Origin: Lingula anatina
Lineage: Eukaryota > Animalia > Brachiopoda
Assembly: GCA_051362555.1 (NCBI GenBank)
Contig: CM120648.1
Coordinates: 7,932,587 to 7,996,586 of the forward strand
Reading direction: 5' to 3'
Length of the DNA: 64,000 nucleotides
The notes under the pieces are model-generated. The model did not search any database. It was not told where the DNA came from and saw only the letters and a program-made list of their open reading frames with translations. This document shows, piece by piece, positions 12,807-27,523 of the stretch. Positions within the stretch are counted from its first letter, which is position 1, and each line of letters starts with the position of its first letter. The translations under genes and the position numbers were made by a program.

Positions 12807-13295
12807 GACCCCATTCCCAGAGATTAGATCGATCCAACTAGATCGACCTAACTCCCTGGGGGTTCACGCTAAATAGCTGTCAGCCGAGCAGGAACAAAAG
12901 TTAATTACCCCCTTACAGCTTGTAGTAGGCGGGACGGACATTTAAGCTGGATTATCTGACAGTAATCTAGTGAGACTTCCCACGGGGATAGATCACTCTA
13001 AAATCTATGGGAATGCACCCAAAGGGATAATAAAGGTGATTTGATGTCTTTAAGTCAGTTCTAGATCAATTAATTTGGAAACTTCCCACAGATATTTGGA
13101 TCGATCTATCTCCCTTGGGAGTATCACGAAATTGCTGTCAACTTGACCGGCTGTTAGGGGCTAATTATCTCTACCCCCTAGCTGATTCGGTAGGCGTGAC
13201 AGACATTTAAGCCGGTTAGTTGACAGCAATTTAGTGAGACTCCCCAGGGAGTTAGATTGATCCAGATGGATCGATCTAGGCATGGGAACCCAGTT
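12807..13295. mobile_element. Two adjacent copies of the GATCGATC-rich Tourist/PIF-Harbinger-like MITE family
   Basis: 12807-13020 and about 13079-13295 align with 39275-39488, 45404-45627 and 57948-58189; long imperfect terminal inverted repeats. Confidence 0.8.
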
Positions 13296-16200
13296 TTAGT
13301 TAAGATAAGTTGTACAGTGAAGGTCACTGCTCTCATTACTTTCTATGAACAAATGCAATGTGCACTTGATGTAAAGTCAATCAGTCTTAATGAGTTGGAT
13401 GAAAGCGCTTAGCAGCATGGTAGCTTTGTCATAATGAACATGATTACAAGGATTATGTTCCTGTGCTACTTAAAAGTAGCATTTGAGCACTGGTAAACAC
13501 CTTCGATCAGTTCCGGCTGCAAGGCGGGTGCATTTTAATCTCTAGAGTCAGCTTGAATTGTCAGTTGAAATCATCTGATATTGCTGAAATTGAGCCTGTT
13601 GGCAAATGAGATCAGAAACTGTGCGGGAATCCATGTGTGGTGTGGATAAGTTTTCAGTGGCAAGGGTGGAACTCTATATACCAGGCATTAATTTCATTTA
13701 GAAAGCAATACAGAATCAAGTGACATTTACAGTTTAATTAAACAAAACTCACAAGAAAATAACCAGAAAAATATCTGTGAATGAATTCTGTCAGCCTTTA
13801 TTCATTGGTGCACGGTACACTCCCTAGTCTGCCTTTTTTTTCTGATACCACTTTTCTCCAAAACTCACGGAACCTCACTTGATTTAAAGCTCAGTCTTAC
13901 AACTTGGGGTTAATCCAGATGGTTCCCATTCAGAGCTGATGGTCTGGCCAAAGGATTCGAGGGAGTTGTAAAGGCCGTTTCAGAACCGTGTTATGTGGCA
14001 CGCAAACCATGGAAATTTGTCTAGATTAGACTGGTCTAGACTGACACTGGTGAGGTTGGTCATGAAAGTTGAGAAATTGCCAAAACAGAATTCTGTATCC
14101 ATGCAGTTCTGTATTATATTATGAAGGTGCAGATGATATTATAGCTAGGCACCTGCCATGTACAGCCAGGAAAAGAATGTCAAATTTTTACATGAAACTC
14201 TGAGAAAAGATGCTTAAAAATGTAAAAAAAAAGCCACTGGGTTAATGTGCCTTGTCCATAGCAATCCTGAGACAAAGTAGATATATATTTAAGGAGGGAG
14301 TGGCTACATATAGTAATATATACTAGTATACAGATCAGGCACTGGGACCTCAGTTATGTATCTGCTTTTTATTATATGAGCCGTGCCTACTATACAATCA
14401 CCCTCCCCCCACCCCTGCTGTTGCCAAACTTTACTAATACTGGTCTTTGATTGCTTTGCAAGATTCATCCTCTCAGCATATTTTCCTTTTTTTTTACAAT
14501 GTTTTCTTTTTTAGTTTATTTCTTGTCCCTTTGGTGAAAAGTGAAAAATTCATTATTCTTCAAATTTTCCACTGCTTTAGAAATTTTGTCTTCTAATGTG
14601 AAGATGGCCGGGATTCACTGAGAGTTTAACAATAAATCTGCTGAAACAAAAGAGAAAAAAAGGAGAACATTGATATCTTTGATGTTCTGACACAAGGCTG
14701 CTATTGATACCAAATGCTCTGGGATGTGCAAAGAGTACATGCAGTAATACATGTGTACTTAGGGAAGAAAGAATGACTCCATTAAGCTGAACGGTTGAAT
14801 GGTTATTTTATGGTATTAGGGCTAGATAATGGCAGAGCTGCAGCTGGAGCTGGGGCTGGGGATTTTATTCACTCTGGTTAGTTTAAATAAAGATTGTCTG
14901 ATACTGAACTCAACCTTGCCTGAATCTCAGGTGTGTTTGGGTTATCAAGTGAGATTTAAATTGCAGCATTAATGATGATTTCATCGAAATTGTAATCCCA
15001 AAACAATTCTGATTTCATATTGCAGTCAAACCTCATGTGATTAATATAAAATTTTGTTTTAAAAATGAAGTTCACTAAGTTCAAGCCTCCTGTTGTTAAT
15101 AATTTTGAATATATGATTAGAGAAGTAACCTAGCTACAACTAAACATTTTCATTGGTAAGCAGAATTTAGGAAACTTTAAGGTTTGCTTTGTCGATGACT
15201 TCTGGTAGACCAGAAGCTAGTTTTCTCTCCACAATTGATAAAAATCTATCAGTAGTTTGCTTTTAGTTTGTCAAGTGAGTAAATAATTTATTTGAAGAGT
15301 ATATATCTTATTATCCACCTTTTGTTTGATATTCTTTTATACATTTACAATGTATCTTAAAAGATAATGTATTATTACCAGGTACTGCAAAATGGCTAGG
15401 GAATGAAATCAATTCAACAGCTAGTATCATTCCAGTTCTTTTATTTTGGTTTGATAAAGACATTTTGGTCCAGGCATGCTTTATGTGTAAGTGGAAACAT
15501 CTTAACAAGTCCTGACATTATCTTTGATAGACTTTCAATGATTAGAAGTCTTTCATCTCATCACACCAGCTCAGTCCTCAAGAGACGTATCATTACAGTG
15601 ATAATAGGTATGCCTTCCTTCTCCTGGGGTTTTGAGGTTGTTTTAATGTGTTTCAAGCGACTATGGTGTCATTCGTGCAGAGAATGATATCTAAATCTTT
15701 TTACAAAGTCATTTTGAATAGGATCGTGCAAGAGTATTTCGATCTATGCTGTTTGCCATCCTTCATCATTTTTGAGTAATTTACTTGTTTTTGCTTTTGT
15801 CGGAGTCATTGTGGGAGAGCATGGCACAGTAGGAAATGGAGCCATTCACATTACTTGGAATAAACTATTGTCACCATTTTTCTTCAGACTCATGGTAATT
15901 ACTCATTGTTTTTTAAAAAATGCAAGTCAATTTCCAATGTATTTTTATTTCCGGGGTTTCATCCTTTTTTAAGTCTTTATTAAATTACAGGATGAAAATA
16001 ATGTTTGTGATGTTTTAAAACTCCAGCAGGGATTGAGTACCTTTGATGTAATCTACCTTTTGACCTTAAGTACAGGTCCAGATTCAAAACTGGCCATGGT
16101 GGGATCATTCCATGCATCTTTTTAATTTTTTTTGATGATTTTGTCTTGTGTTCAATGAATTTTTGGCCTTTTGGGCACTAAATTAAACCATCTGGGATTA

Positions 16201-18493
16201 CCTATGACCCTAAATTTAGCTGGTTTATGATTTTATGAATCATTAAAAGATTTAAGAGAGAATGAAAAGATGTAGCGGAGACAAATAACCACAAGTTGAC
16301 CAATTGTAGAATTCAGTGAGTGACTTTATTCCTTTGGCCATATTTTACAAACAAACTATATGAAGTTAGGCTGTGTTAGTGCCACGTACAGTGTTAGTGC
16401 CGTAGTATAGCACTGTATGTTATATAGACAGAAGTTGAGTGGTATCATCATACACTGCACTTAAGGATCAGACATTGATACTTTGCCATACATTGTAAAA
16501 AACATTGGGAAATCTCTTATGTCCCTACCCAGACATAATAGGAACCACTTTAAATACTGTATCTAGTGCTTTGTGAGTGTCAAAACTACAGAGATGATAA
16601 GGTAGAAAAGACATGATGATTCAGTGACCCCTGCAGGTCCATTATGTTTTGTGAAATGTGATCGTTTAATAAGGTAACTTGAAGAAGTAACCTCATGAAT
16701 CTCTTTGACGTCACTCTATTGTATAAATGTAATGGGATTTATCTTGGTATATATTAAAAGAGTTCCTAAATTTTTAGCAGTCTTAAATTTTGTCTCGATA
16801 AAGTAAGGGGACATTCAGATTCACGCATCCTACAAGCTTCAGGGATTCTCACTTAAGTGGTATCAGCTTAATCAGCACACAGTAGTTAATAACCCCCAAG
16901 CTGCTCGAGGAGGTTTGTCAGACAATTATGCTGATAATTTGCTTGCACTTTAGCGAAAGTCCCCTACAAGGAGTTAATAAGATTTATCAGTGTATTGGTG
17001 GGGGGATATTTGATTGCAGGAGTCCAATTTTGAAGCTGCTTCTTGCAGTTGGTCTCAGTGCAGATCGAATTATTTTTATTATATTTGTAATATTAACACA
17101 ATGTGAATACTAAAGAACAGTTTCAGATTGTCCTATTACTACTGTATGTCATTCTTGCCAGTACTAGTATATTTAATGACTGTAGTATACATATTAGACA
17201 TACGAGAAGTTAAATATCAATGACATTACATACTAGTATTTGTACATACATATTTCACAAGTTATGCATATGGTTAACATTAAACTCATTTACTTTATAT
17301 GTTCCCAGAGGTTGTTGCAACACAAGCATATAGTCAGTATTGTAAATAATGTATGGTACCAGTTGATATACTATATGGTGCATGTCCATACTGGTATGTA
17401 TTTTTAAGTTTTAAGTCACATGAAACACAATGCTGTATATGAAATGATACTGATGTCATCATATTACTGTACGTGTATGACAGGCACTGAAATAAGCAAA
17501 ATTTCTCCATAAATGCTAGAAAATTTGTAAAGACCTTTAAAAAAATGATTGAAAATTTATTTTTTTTTCATCACAAATTACTATTGGCAGTCACATATAG
17601 TTATTTTGGGTGAAGAAGTCAGATAACCCTGTTTAAAATCCAAGTAAAAAGGGGTGTGAATGCATCCAGAAACTACACATTGAGTTCAGCCAACGTGAAT
17701 GCATTATTTCCATACAAAATCCCATAACAGCATGTGTGCCCTCTTTTTTTGTAAATTATGTGTGCCTGTATGCAGGTAAATTGTGGTGAAATATATGGTT
17801 AAGCAATTGATGTTTCCACTGCTGTCAAAGTTTAGCATACAGGTTCGTCTCTTTGGTCTAAAGGGAAGTTAACAAATAGAAAGTTAGCCGGGAGATGGGC
17901 ACAAAAGCATTGAACCAGGTAAGTGGTGATAACTTATCATAAGCACAAGTGCATGTTGGCGGTTTAAGCGCAAATTCAGTGGCATTTCTGAGCATCTAAC
18001 CTACAGTTGTTTATAGATTATAGTATTGATTAGATTACAACAGAGAGAGGAGATGAAGAACTGTAAATGCTTGAGCACAAATTTTCTAACAATTAAAAGT
18101 GATGAAGTACTGTACAATCTTGTTTTAAAAATGTCGGTGGCTAAGGAATGAATATAAAAAGTAAGAACCAGCTGTGCATTTTGTGTAGACATTGAGCTAA
18201 ATGTTGCTGAATGATGATGGCCTAATAGGCATATAATAAGAAAACTGTTTAATTACGTAAGAAGCTGAACGAACACAGGGTCTAGTTGTAGAAATATTAG
18301 TAAAAAAAAAAGTCATTTAACAGTGTTTTAAGTGCTACAATCTAGATATTAATTGTTTATAAGCGTAGTGCTTTAATACCCAGTAGGTACATGTATTATA
18401 TATTTGCCAGATACATGAAGTATAGATTGATACTGGCACATTAGAAAAACCTAAGAAAAATGCTCAAATTAGGTGGTATAATCATATATGTAA

Positions 18494-18866
18494 AGACTCG
18501 GTCACAACAGGCCGTACGGGCTGTTTGCATCCAAATTCTGCGCAGAATCTTGTGTCCCCCGCAAGTCCTTCTTACGCAATTTCGAGTTCACAGACAGCCT
18601 ATAAGCACGTACGGGCTCTTACGGGCTGTTTGAGTCCAAATTCTGCGCAGAATCTCATGTCCCCCTGCAAGTCCATCTTACACAGTTTCGAGTTCACAGA
18701 CAGCCCGTAAGCATGTCCAAAAGATTCTACAAATAGCCTGCGAACAGCGAGGCCGCAAGCATAACTTGCTCCCCTCGCACGGGGTTAGCAAGAGAGACAC
18801 GAGGTGTGCAAGACGCACGACGCACGTACGATCCTGAAATTCGTGCGTCCTGTTGTGACCGAGGCT
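18494..18866. mobile_element. PIF/Harbinger-like MITE
   Basis: TIR ag(a/c)ctcggtcacaacagg...cctgttgtgaccgaggct with TAA on both flanks; internal tandem duplication of about 106 bp; CpG-rich. Confidence 0.8.
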
Positions 18867-21800
18867 TAAGATAAATGATATAATAATGTACATAATGTAT
18901 ATGACCATAACTAGTATTGAAACATCAGATGCGTGCATTATTTAAATTAAAGATACACTTTTATCTGTTTGATATAAATGTCTAATACTCCTTGGGTATA
19001 AAGAGTGAGCAAAAGTTGGAGCATATGCTGGATAGGATAGAGAGATAACCTTTTTTCTCTCATAACATTGAAAGTTTTTCTGGACAATTAGTAAAAATTA
19101 CACTTTCTATGCATAGATGAAGGTGCTGTGTGTGTGCGTTTGTATGCATGTGTGTGTGTGTGTGTGTGCCTTTGGGGGGGGGGGCACACTGGCATCCTAG
19201 CTGAGACTGCCAAAAAAACAACTGAGTTTTTATTTTACAAAATACTAGTATTGATTTTTTTCTAAGATTTATTTTTTTCCTAAAATTCCAAAATATTTCT
19301 TGTCAGCTTGACTTATCTTAAGCATTTCTTTAGCAATTGACATTTTTTGTATGTAATGAAAATGTCAGTTAAATAAATAAACAGACAAGCAAATAAGTAA
19401 GTGAAATTCAATGAATAAATAAGTTAAACAGATACATGGGTAATTTTTCATGAAAGTTGCCTGGCCTGAAGTAAAAAAAATAATACAACCTACAGAAACT
19501 GTTATCCAGGCACTGTTAGTGCAGGTAAACCAGATTAACCTTAATGTCATCAATTAACCTAGACAGGAATACTAGGGTTTGAAGTGAGAAATTGGACATT
19601 TGAAGTGCACCTGCAAGAGGAATCGTCACGTGAATGCATTGTGCATGATGGGCAGCAGCTAAGTACACCCTTCGGAAGTTGCAAAGATCTTTTAAGTTAA
19701 AACTTTAAACTGAGGAAGCATAAGTTGCATGCATGCAATGAAATGGTGGAAAATTTTACTTGGCGTATTTTGAAAGGTAATGCTTCAATACTTAGCAAGG
19801 TTTTACCACCTGTTGCAGGTACTAGAAAATAACTATTGCCCTAGGCACATTTATGATATTATAAGTAAAGTTAATTTGTGAAAGTAGCCCCTGAACTTTT
19901 TAATTAGTGGATATCAGCCCCTGGACTTGAAGTTGTTTCTTTAAATTTTAGCTTTTATAATTAGTGTAATGTATCTCATTTACAGAAAAAACAATTATTG
20001 GAATCAGGTAAACATTAGAGGATTTTCCAGGGTATTATTTTTTTCCTACTGTTCAGTGAAGACCACTAGTAAGTAATTATTTTTATGAAAGTTGTTTCTG
20101 AATGTCAGAATAAATCAGTCTGCAACTGGCATTAGCCACTGGTCTGATGTCCCTGCCATATAAAAATTCATGCGGACCAGTAGATTTTTCAGAATGTGTG
20201 AATTTAGTGGTCCAACATTACCCACTACCAGGTTGGCAGATATTATAGGCAAATTTCAAAAAGCCAGTGAATGAAATGACTCTATTTATCTGAAGACATG
20301 TCTGTGAATTGAAAAATCAATCTGTGGCCCTGGTAGAGGGTAGTCCAACATGGCCATTAGATTTTTTCTGTAAGTTTACAAAAAAGCCTTTGACTTGATT
20401 GATTTTTTCTGAGATGTAACTAAGCATAATTATTCTCAAATATCAATAAATAAATCAATAAATAAATAAACATTTGACAGAATCAAGGTCCTGTTATTAC
20501 CAATATTGATGCAAAAGGGCAAAGTGGTGGGTGATTTAACAACATAAGCGCAGCTGCAGCATTAAGAATTTTTTCCTTTAATCAAACCAAAATCTAATTG
20601 CATTTTTTTTTCATTAAAAAAAAGAATATCCGTAGGTTTGATAAAGTCTTGGTTTCCTCAAATAAGGGTTAGGCCTGCTCGTGAACCAATTTGTCTTGAT
20701 TTCAGAGGCAAGCACTAATAGCTCAGTCAGATCATGCCTTGTATCGTAAACAGATCAGCTCCCAAGAGGATAAATGACTGATGGCTCAATTATGAAAAAT
20801 AGTTGAATCTGGAGTGATTTCTACTTGCATTGTACATTGTAATGTGTGCTAAGTGGAATTACATTATAAATCATGCAGTGTGACAGTGACACTTCCATTC
20901 AAATGACTGCTGATGGGTATTAATTTGTTGAGTTATGACAGGGTTTTAATTACATTTGTTGAAATTTATAAGTTCATAATATCAAATTGAATGCAATCCA
21001 CGTCAATCTTTTTCTGCACTGGTGCATATATTATTATGGCCTTGTTCAATATAATGTAATGTTATCATGAGCTTGCAAGTTTTCTTTTGTCACAAACTAC
21101 ATGTAAGTCAAATTATGATTTTATCATATTTAGAAATGTTTTGATATACCATTTGGTGTAAACTGAAACATATTCCAGTTTAACTCCAGATAATTATTAG
21201 TTTATGATAAAAGAAAATCTGTGACGTGTTAAATAAAATTTGTTTTGTGTTTTTAAAAATGTTCAAGTCACAAGACGCATAGATTTGAAGATAACTGCAT
21301 ATACGGTTGCACTTAATTAAGTACACTGAAAGGTACAAGACAGGGAGGATATGGTGGTGGGAGTATAGAAACTGTTGGCAGTAATATACCATTGGTGCAT
21401 GCATCTATTAAAATATCATTTATTTACAAATTGGGTAGTGAACTTGTTTTACTGGGAATATATGATCCTTTAGCTAACTTTGGGGACAAGTATAAGAGGC
21501 CGAATCAGAATGTTGGATCCAAGATCCCCATGTAATCTAGGACAGAGTTATTTATATTTGCATCTTTCTTGCCCTTTAAAATCAACTAGTGCAGTTAAAT
21601 TATTAAAAGTAAACAGTGTCATACATAGTTCACCATATCAGGTCATATCTGGCTGTTATTTTCCATTACATTGAAATATTAACACAAAGGGCACAGAAAT
21701 AAATGTAACATTTCCGGTGTGTACGATAAGAATAATGGCATGTTGTTTTCTATGGGCAATAATTATCAGTCTTATCAAAACTATCAAAATAGTCAAAATT

Positions 21801-22208
21801 ATTGAATACTTAATTTTTGAATCTTTAAAAATCATTTTTGTGTAGCATTTGTGATGCTTTTGCTGTATTTAACAAAAGAACTTCGAGGTAGCCAGTTTTT
21901 CAATCACTCAATAGGAATGTTCTAATTTCAATAATTTATGCCCTGAAAAAATGCAGTATCTATAAAATTCACAATTTTTCCCCAATTGAAAAGATCACAT
22001 CATTACTGTGCCATGTTGAAGGCCTAATAACACTGTATACAAATTAAATAGGTGCAAACATATGAAATATATTATATATATATGAAATATATAGCCAGAA
22101 ACCAGTGACATGGCAACTTGTGACAGGGTTGTCCATCACGCTGTCACTCTTCCAGGCCATAGGTCAGTTTGGAAATTAAGACCACATTCCCCTATAGACA
22201 CCATCAGT

Positions 22209-22715
22209 CTTCTTAGAATGATCCAGCTCTGCAGGGACTCTTGCTAAGTGCAATCAGCCTAGCTGAATAACACACCTTCTTAGAATGATCTAACTCTGTG
22301 GGAACTCTTGCTGAGTGCAATCAGCTTAGCTGAATACCACACCTGCTCCTGATTTTGAGTAGAATACAGAAAAGCTAGTAATTATATACCAGTACTTTGG
22401 AAAAAAGAGGAGGTTTGGTAAACTGATTGCATTCATGATCTAACTCAGCGGGAACTCTTGCTGAGTGCAATCAGCTTAGCTGAATAACAAACCTTGTTAG
22501 AATGATCTTACTCTGCGGGAACTCTTGCTGAGTGCAATCAGCATAGCTGAATAACACACCTTGTTAGAATGATCTAACTCTGCGGCGACTCTTGCTGAGT
22601 GCAATCAGCTTAGCTGAATACCACACCTGCTCCTGATTTTGAGTAGAATACAGAAAAGCTGGTGTTTACGCAAGTACTTTGGTAACAAGTAAACTGATTG
22701 CATTCATCAAGAGTT
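22209..22715. repeat. 67-bp tandem repeats built from a MITE terminus plus flank, with two MITE bodies
   Basis: Unit cttagaatgatctaactctgcgggaactcttgctgagtgcaatcagcttagctgaataacacac with starts at 22212/22279 and 22496/22563; the gaactcttgctga...caatcag part matches the TIR of 46080-46225. Confidence 0.75.
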
Positions 22716-23072
22716 CAATCAATCTACAATTCGGATGGTATCTGTGGGAATGGGGTCTTAAGTTATTAGTAATTAATCACAAAGTGAAGGCATCTTTCAA
22801 GGAAATTTTGTTTGTACTGTGTCTTATGAAAGATGTAGAACTGAATGTGTCCACTTCTTATGTGTCATATCTTGAAGCTGTTGAAATGCTAAACAGTTAT
22901 ATTCATCTAGCTAGTAGTATGAGATTGTTCTTGGTTCCAAGGATTTCTGTTTAATTATATTTTATTGATAGTAATCACTAACTTTGGGGCAATTATAGTT
23001 ATTTTTTAAGTAAATTAGTCATTGATTATGATACTGTAACTTTTCCATTACATTCTGAGGAGTCAATTTTAA

Positions 23073-23278
23073 AGAGCATTCAGAACATTTAATTGATCCA
23101 CAGACTAACAGATCCATGGATCAAATATGGCAGACCCATTTCAAAGTGTGCCACAAAACCTCTGAACAGATTTCCAGCAGGGATTAGGCAGTTAGCTTTC
23201 AAGTGGGTTGTCCATATTTAATCTAATTGGGGATCTGTTAATTAGTCTGCGGATCAACTTTGGTTGTGAAAGTGGCCT
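23073..23278. mobile_element. Palindromic MITE (CATTCAGAA/AAATATGGC group)
   Basis: Inverted arms gatccacagactaa...ttagtctgcggatc; related to 26741-26915 and about 54870-55030. Confidence 0.6.
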
Positions 23279-23346
23279 ATAGCTAGCTCAGTCAATCCAA
23301 GCACATGCTGACATGCTGTAGATCTACACAGTACAAAATTGCCATG

Positions 23347-23385
<39 letters not shown>

Positions 23386-24478
23386 ATTTTCAGCATAGTG
23401 CAATGTGTCTTCATTATGCCATGGAGCATGCAATTCGATGCAACATTTCCATTACTAACTATGATAGTGGTATTGAGGAAGCACTTAGACAATTGCTGTG
23501 AGAGATAGAGGTGGCCCTAGCTCATCACGAAAAGTGTCTCTAGATGGCCATTACTTTAGCATACAAGGGATGTTAACAGGTTTTGATGTCATTTGTGTAG
23601 AGACCCTCAGCGCACGCACAACACTGGTTTTATAACCTAGTCTAAATAGATTGTGCTTTTAGTGAAGCAGTGTTAATGTCTTATTGGCTGGCTGGCTAAG
23701 AGGATATATGTGTCCTGCTTGGTTTGTGGAAAAAAAAACTGCAGCCTCATTTCTGCCTGGTCTTCTGTATGTCATGCAAAGTTTTTGGAATAGCTAGAGG
23801 ACTTTGTTTTTAAGGTAAGAAAATAACAATCTAATGATAATGAGGCCACCTTAGCATAGATTAAAAAGAAGTAGGTACTAGTATATTGATTGTTAAATTT
23901 GGATAGAAGATAAGGTTATGGACAGGTTTTATATTTGGTGTTATAAATTAACTTCTGGTTGGAAGTTTGTAACATGTGCAACTGATTATATTTGACATCT
24001 GTGCTTGTGTCCAGTGGGCACATGTAACATTCCTTTTTGGCATGACTTTATTATAAAGGTTGAGAAAAAACATTGAAAATCAAAATGCAAAGGATGCTAC
24101 TCAGTAAACCTTTTTTCTTAATGATAAAATATGTTTATTGATATGAAATACTATTTAAACAATGTTTTTATGGACAGAAACTGTATCTGGACAATTTAAT
24201 TAGCACCTGTAACTTTTGTTTCTGTGACTCACATGCACTTTCCTCAATATTATTTAGTTGTAATGGGCAGACACTGTATCTGGACATTTTAATTAGCATA
24301 TGGCAAAGAAAGCTGTATTATTATTATCCTCGAACTTTCAGGGATATTAATAGAACCAAAGTACAGCAAAAGTTTTTAAACTCACCTGATTATAATGTTT
24401 TTGTTGAAGCTGTGAAGTATATTTTTTGCAATTTGAGTGTCCAGCTGTGACTTTGATTTCTAATGGGTATAAAGCTCT

Positions 24479-24482
<4 letters not shown>

Positions 24483-24551
<69 letters not shown>
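24483..24551. repeat. (TA)n microsatellite
   Basis: Perfect TA run. Confidence 0.95.
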
Positions 24552-24554
<3 letters not shown>

Positions 24555-24838
24555 GAACATCCACAGCAACAGTAGTACATAAATAATAAGAAGTCAGTTT
24601 ATTAAGTAATTACTATGATTTTCAGCATTATTTGATATTGCATCAAAATGGGCAGAAATATATTTTGTGCACTGCATCCTTTCGTTATATAATTTGTTGT
24701 TCATCATTTAAATACTGTTTTAATGTGACATCTCCTTACAGTTATATGTCTTGGCTTCCGTATTTCTTTATTATTATTATTATTTTTTTTTTTTTGTTAA
24801 CAAATTATCAAAAGATTGATAATTTGTTAACATAAAAA

Positions 24839-24874
<36 letters not shown>

Positions 24875-25917
24875 AAAAAAACGAAGCTGAAGGGACTTTT
24901 AATTTGACAGGACATACTTGAGTTGTATAATTCCAATCAGAAGTAGCTCATGTTTCATCCGGGCATGCATCTTTCAAGGAACACCCAAACTGTTTTTGAA
25001 GCAAAGTGACACTTGTTATGAGGTCTTCCAAAGTGTTTTTCTCTCTGCTCTATTTTATTTCCTCAATTCCACAAATAAATTTATTGACACTCCTATTTCC
25101 TTTTTTAACCAATTATCTGTTTCTATTAATACTGCCACTTCACATCTACAGAAACTAGATCAATCCAAATGATATTGAATAAATACACAAGCTCAGAAAA
25201 ATAAAAATCAATTTTAGAGAGAAAAAAAAACATCTGATAAAAAGACGGAAAATGCTATGGGCTTATAAAGGTTCCCTAAAACAAGGAGGGGATAGATGAT
25301 ACTGGGTAATTTATATAAAACCGGGTTCACAGCAGGTGCCTTAATATTGGGGACACCAGGGGTGGGTAGGTTCTCAATCAAGAAAGAATATCACTAACTA
25401 CCATCACCAACAGAAGTGATGCTTTAATGGTTAGATCTGCAATATTTTAACAGATCCATTCATCATTCATGACATTCATCAAGTTGTTAAGCCGCATTAA
25501 GGAACATTGCTTGTTTCATTTGAAGAACCAATATTTGATAAACCATTGAGCCCAGCATAGCTGTAAATGATATATTTTTCTCATAGTTAATGTCCTAAAA
25601 CCAGAGAGCCTTAATTATTATCTTCAGGACATGTTTCCAATCAGGGAAGGCAATTGTTTAAGTGATTAAGGCGATGAGAGATGTACTCTGCAGATTTGCT
25701 TCAGTTCAGTTAGGCCCAGGGGCTATTTCACAAAAGAAAAAAATGTTGCCAATAAACAGTAGTACTTGGCTCTCATAAGTATTTATGCATTTTATTTATT
25801 TATTTATTTATTTATTTTGTAAATTTTTCATTGAAAAAAAATTATTATATGCCCAACCTTTCTCGTATGGCTTTGCCAGCTCCACATTCTGTTGTCAGTT
25901 ACAAGTCACCATTATAG

Positions 25918-26526
25918 TTACCGATTCTCCTAGACTATAAGGGCCTGTGCTCACGTCTTTTGGAATTAGGTCACATATAATCTCAACTTGATCCCCCTGG
26001 ATTTTGGTCTCTGGCAGTGCATTTGCTTGGGGGTGATGCTCGTCACAGTGCATCCTTGTCATAATTTTGGAAAATTAAATGTTAAATATTTTCCAAACCA
26101 AAGGAATTATAGGAAAAGTTGCAATAGAAGTCTGACCAAATGTCAAAGTGGAAATTTCAAATATGTCCTTGGATTTGACCTTTGACCTTTATTTCAAGGT
26201 CAAAGGGGCCAAGATTTTGTAAAAATGTTTAATTTGCTACAAAAAGTATTTGTGCTGATTTTTTGGAATCTACATGTATACCTATGCTTTCATATTACTG
26301 GTATATAGAGGATTTACACTTAACGCTTCCTTTCATCTTTGTGAATTTTGGGTAAATCAGTGCATTTTTTGTACTCTCACCATAATACATACTCTCACCA
26401 CATCAACCCAACCCTATTTATCCACAACTAATGCACATACATCCATACTTTCCTTTCAACTTAAATGTGCATACTCCTGCTGGTGGTACAATACCAGTAG
26501 GCAGTTTTACCTCTCAGATCCTCTAG
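25918..26526 (+). mobile_element. Diverged short copy of the Helentron-type element, without the satellite array
   Basis: Homologous to about 40625-41000 and to the 3' end at 43240-43294 (gctggtggtacaata...ctctcagatcctctagtt); 5' boundary uncertain. Confidence 0.75.
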
Positions 26527-26740
26527 TTAATTTTGGTTTGTGAGTCAGTGACAGATTGATTTAGAAACCAACATACTCAATGACAAACCAGGTGGACTTG
26601 AGCAAAAATGGGTTTGAGTTAACACGATATGGATAATACAAAGAATTATAGCAAAACTTTTAGTTTTCAGATTTTGCTTTTAATTGTTTTGAATCAGCAC
26701 AGTACTTGCCCGTTTACTTTTGCTAAAAACTTTATCATTT

Positions 26741-26915
26741 GTCTCATTCAGAATAGGGGACTAACTAGCCTGATGGTCAAATATGGCAACCCACTACAAA
26801 GCATGCTATCTAATCTGCTAGTAGACAGTGAATGGATTCCCCGTGGGGAGGTATTCAAGTGAGTCGGGCCATATTTGACCCTCGGATTAGTAAGTCCCCT
26901 ATTCTGAATAGGGCC
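26741..26915. mobile_element. Palindromic MITE
   Basis: attcagaataggggact...agtcccctattctgaat arms with an inner ggtcaaatatggc/gccatatttgacc pair. Confidence 0.75.
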
Positions 26916-27377
26916 ATAGACATATTATCTGCAACTCCCATTTTATGTAATGTTGTCACTTATTATTATTTTTTGATACTTTCCCCTGTACCAGCTGAGT
27001 GACGATAAAGCACTGCGCAGTGTGAAATGTAGCATTTATCATTACATACTCGAAACACTAAGTGCCAGTCTTAGTTTTCAGGGTGAGTACTTGAAATTGC
27101 AGGTGGTCTATGATACAGTAATATCTATGTTCTTGACTACATGAGGATCCTGAAAGAGGGAAATTAGCAGTAGGTTGATAAATAGTTTTGTTGCTGCAAT
27201 AATGTTGGTTTAGACCAAAATAATGGTAGACTTATTGTAAATTAAGGGGTGGTCCATGAGATTTGTCTGTGTTCAATCTGACTTGTTTCTTTTTAAATGG
27301 CTTAAGTTAGGTGAAGCTTTTAGTGCACAGTGTCAGTACATGTACATGTTTTTTTTAGGTATATTGTCTGAATCAAA

Positions 27378-27523
27378 GACCCCATTTCCATAGATTTTAG
27401 GTCGATCTATCCCTGTGGGGAGTCTCACTAGATAACTGTCAGCTTAGCCGGCTTAAGCATCTGTCCCGCCTACTAAAAGCTAGGTCGATCTAGTTGGATC
27501 GATCTCATCTCTGGGAATGGGTC
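27378..27523. mobile_element. Internally deleted copy of the GATCGATC-rich MITE
   Basis: gaccccatttccatagattttaggtcgatc...gatcgatctcatctctgggaatgggtc; reverse orientation relative to 12807-13020. Confidence 0.75.

Noticed and set aside
15400-15972. Coding-like stretch, possibly a decayed transposon or pseudogene
   Set aside because: The frames I translated contain stops and no motif I recognise; a BLASTX search would be needed.
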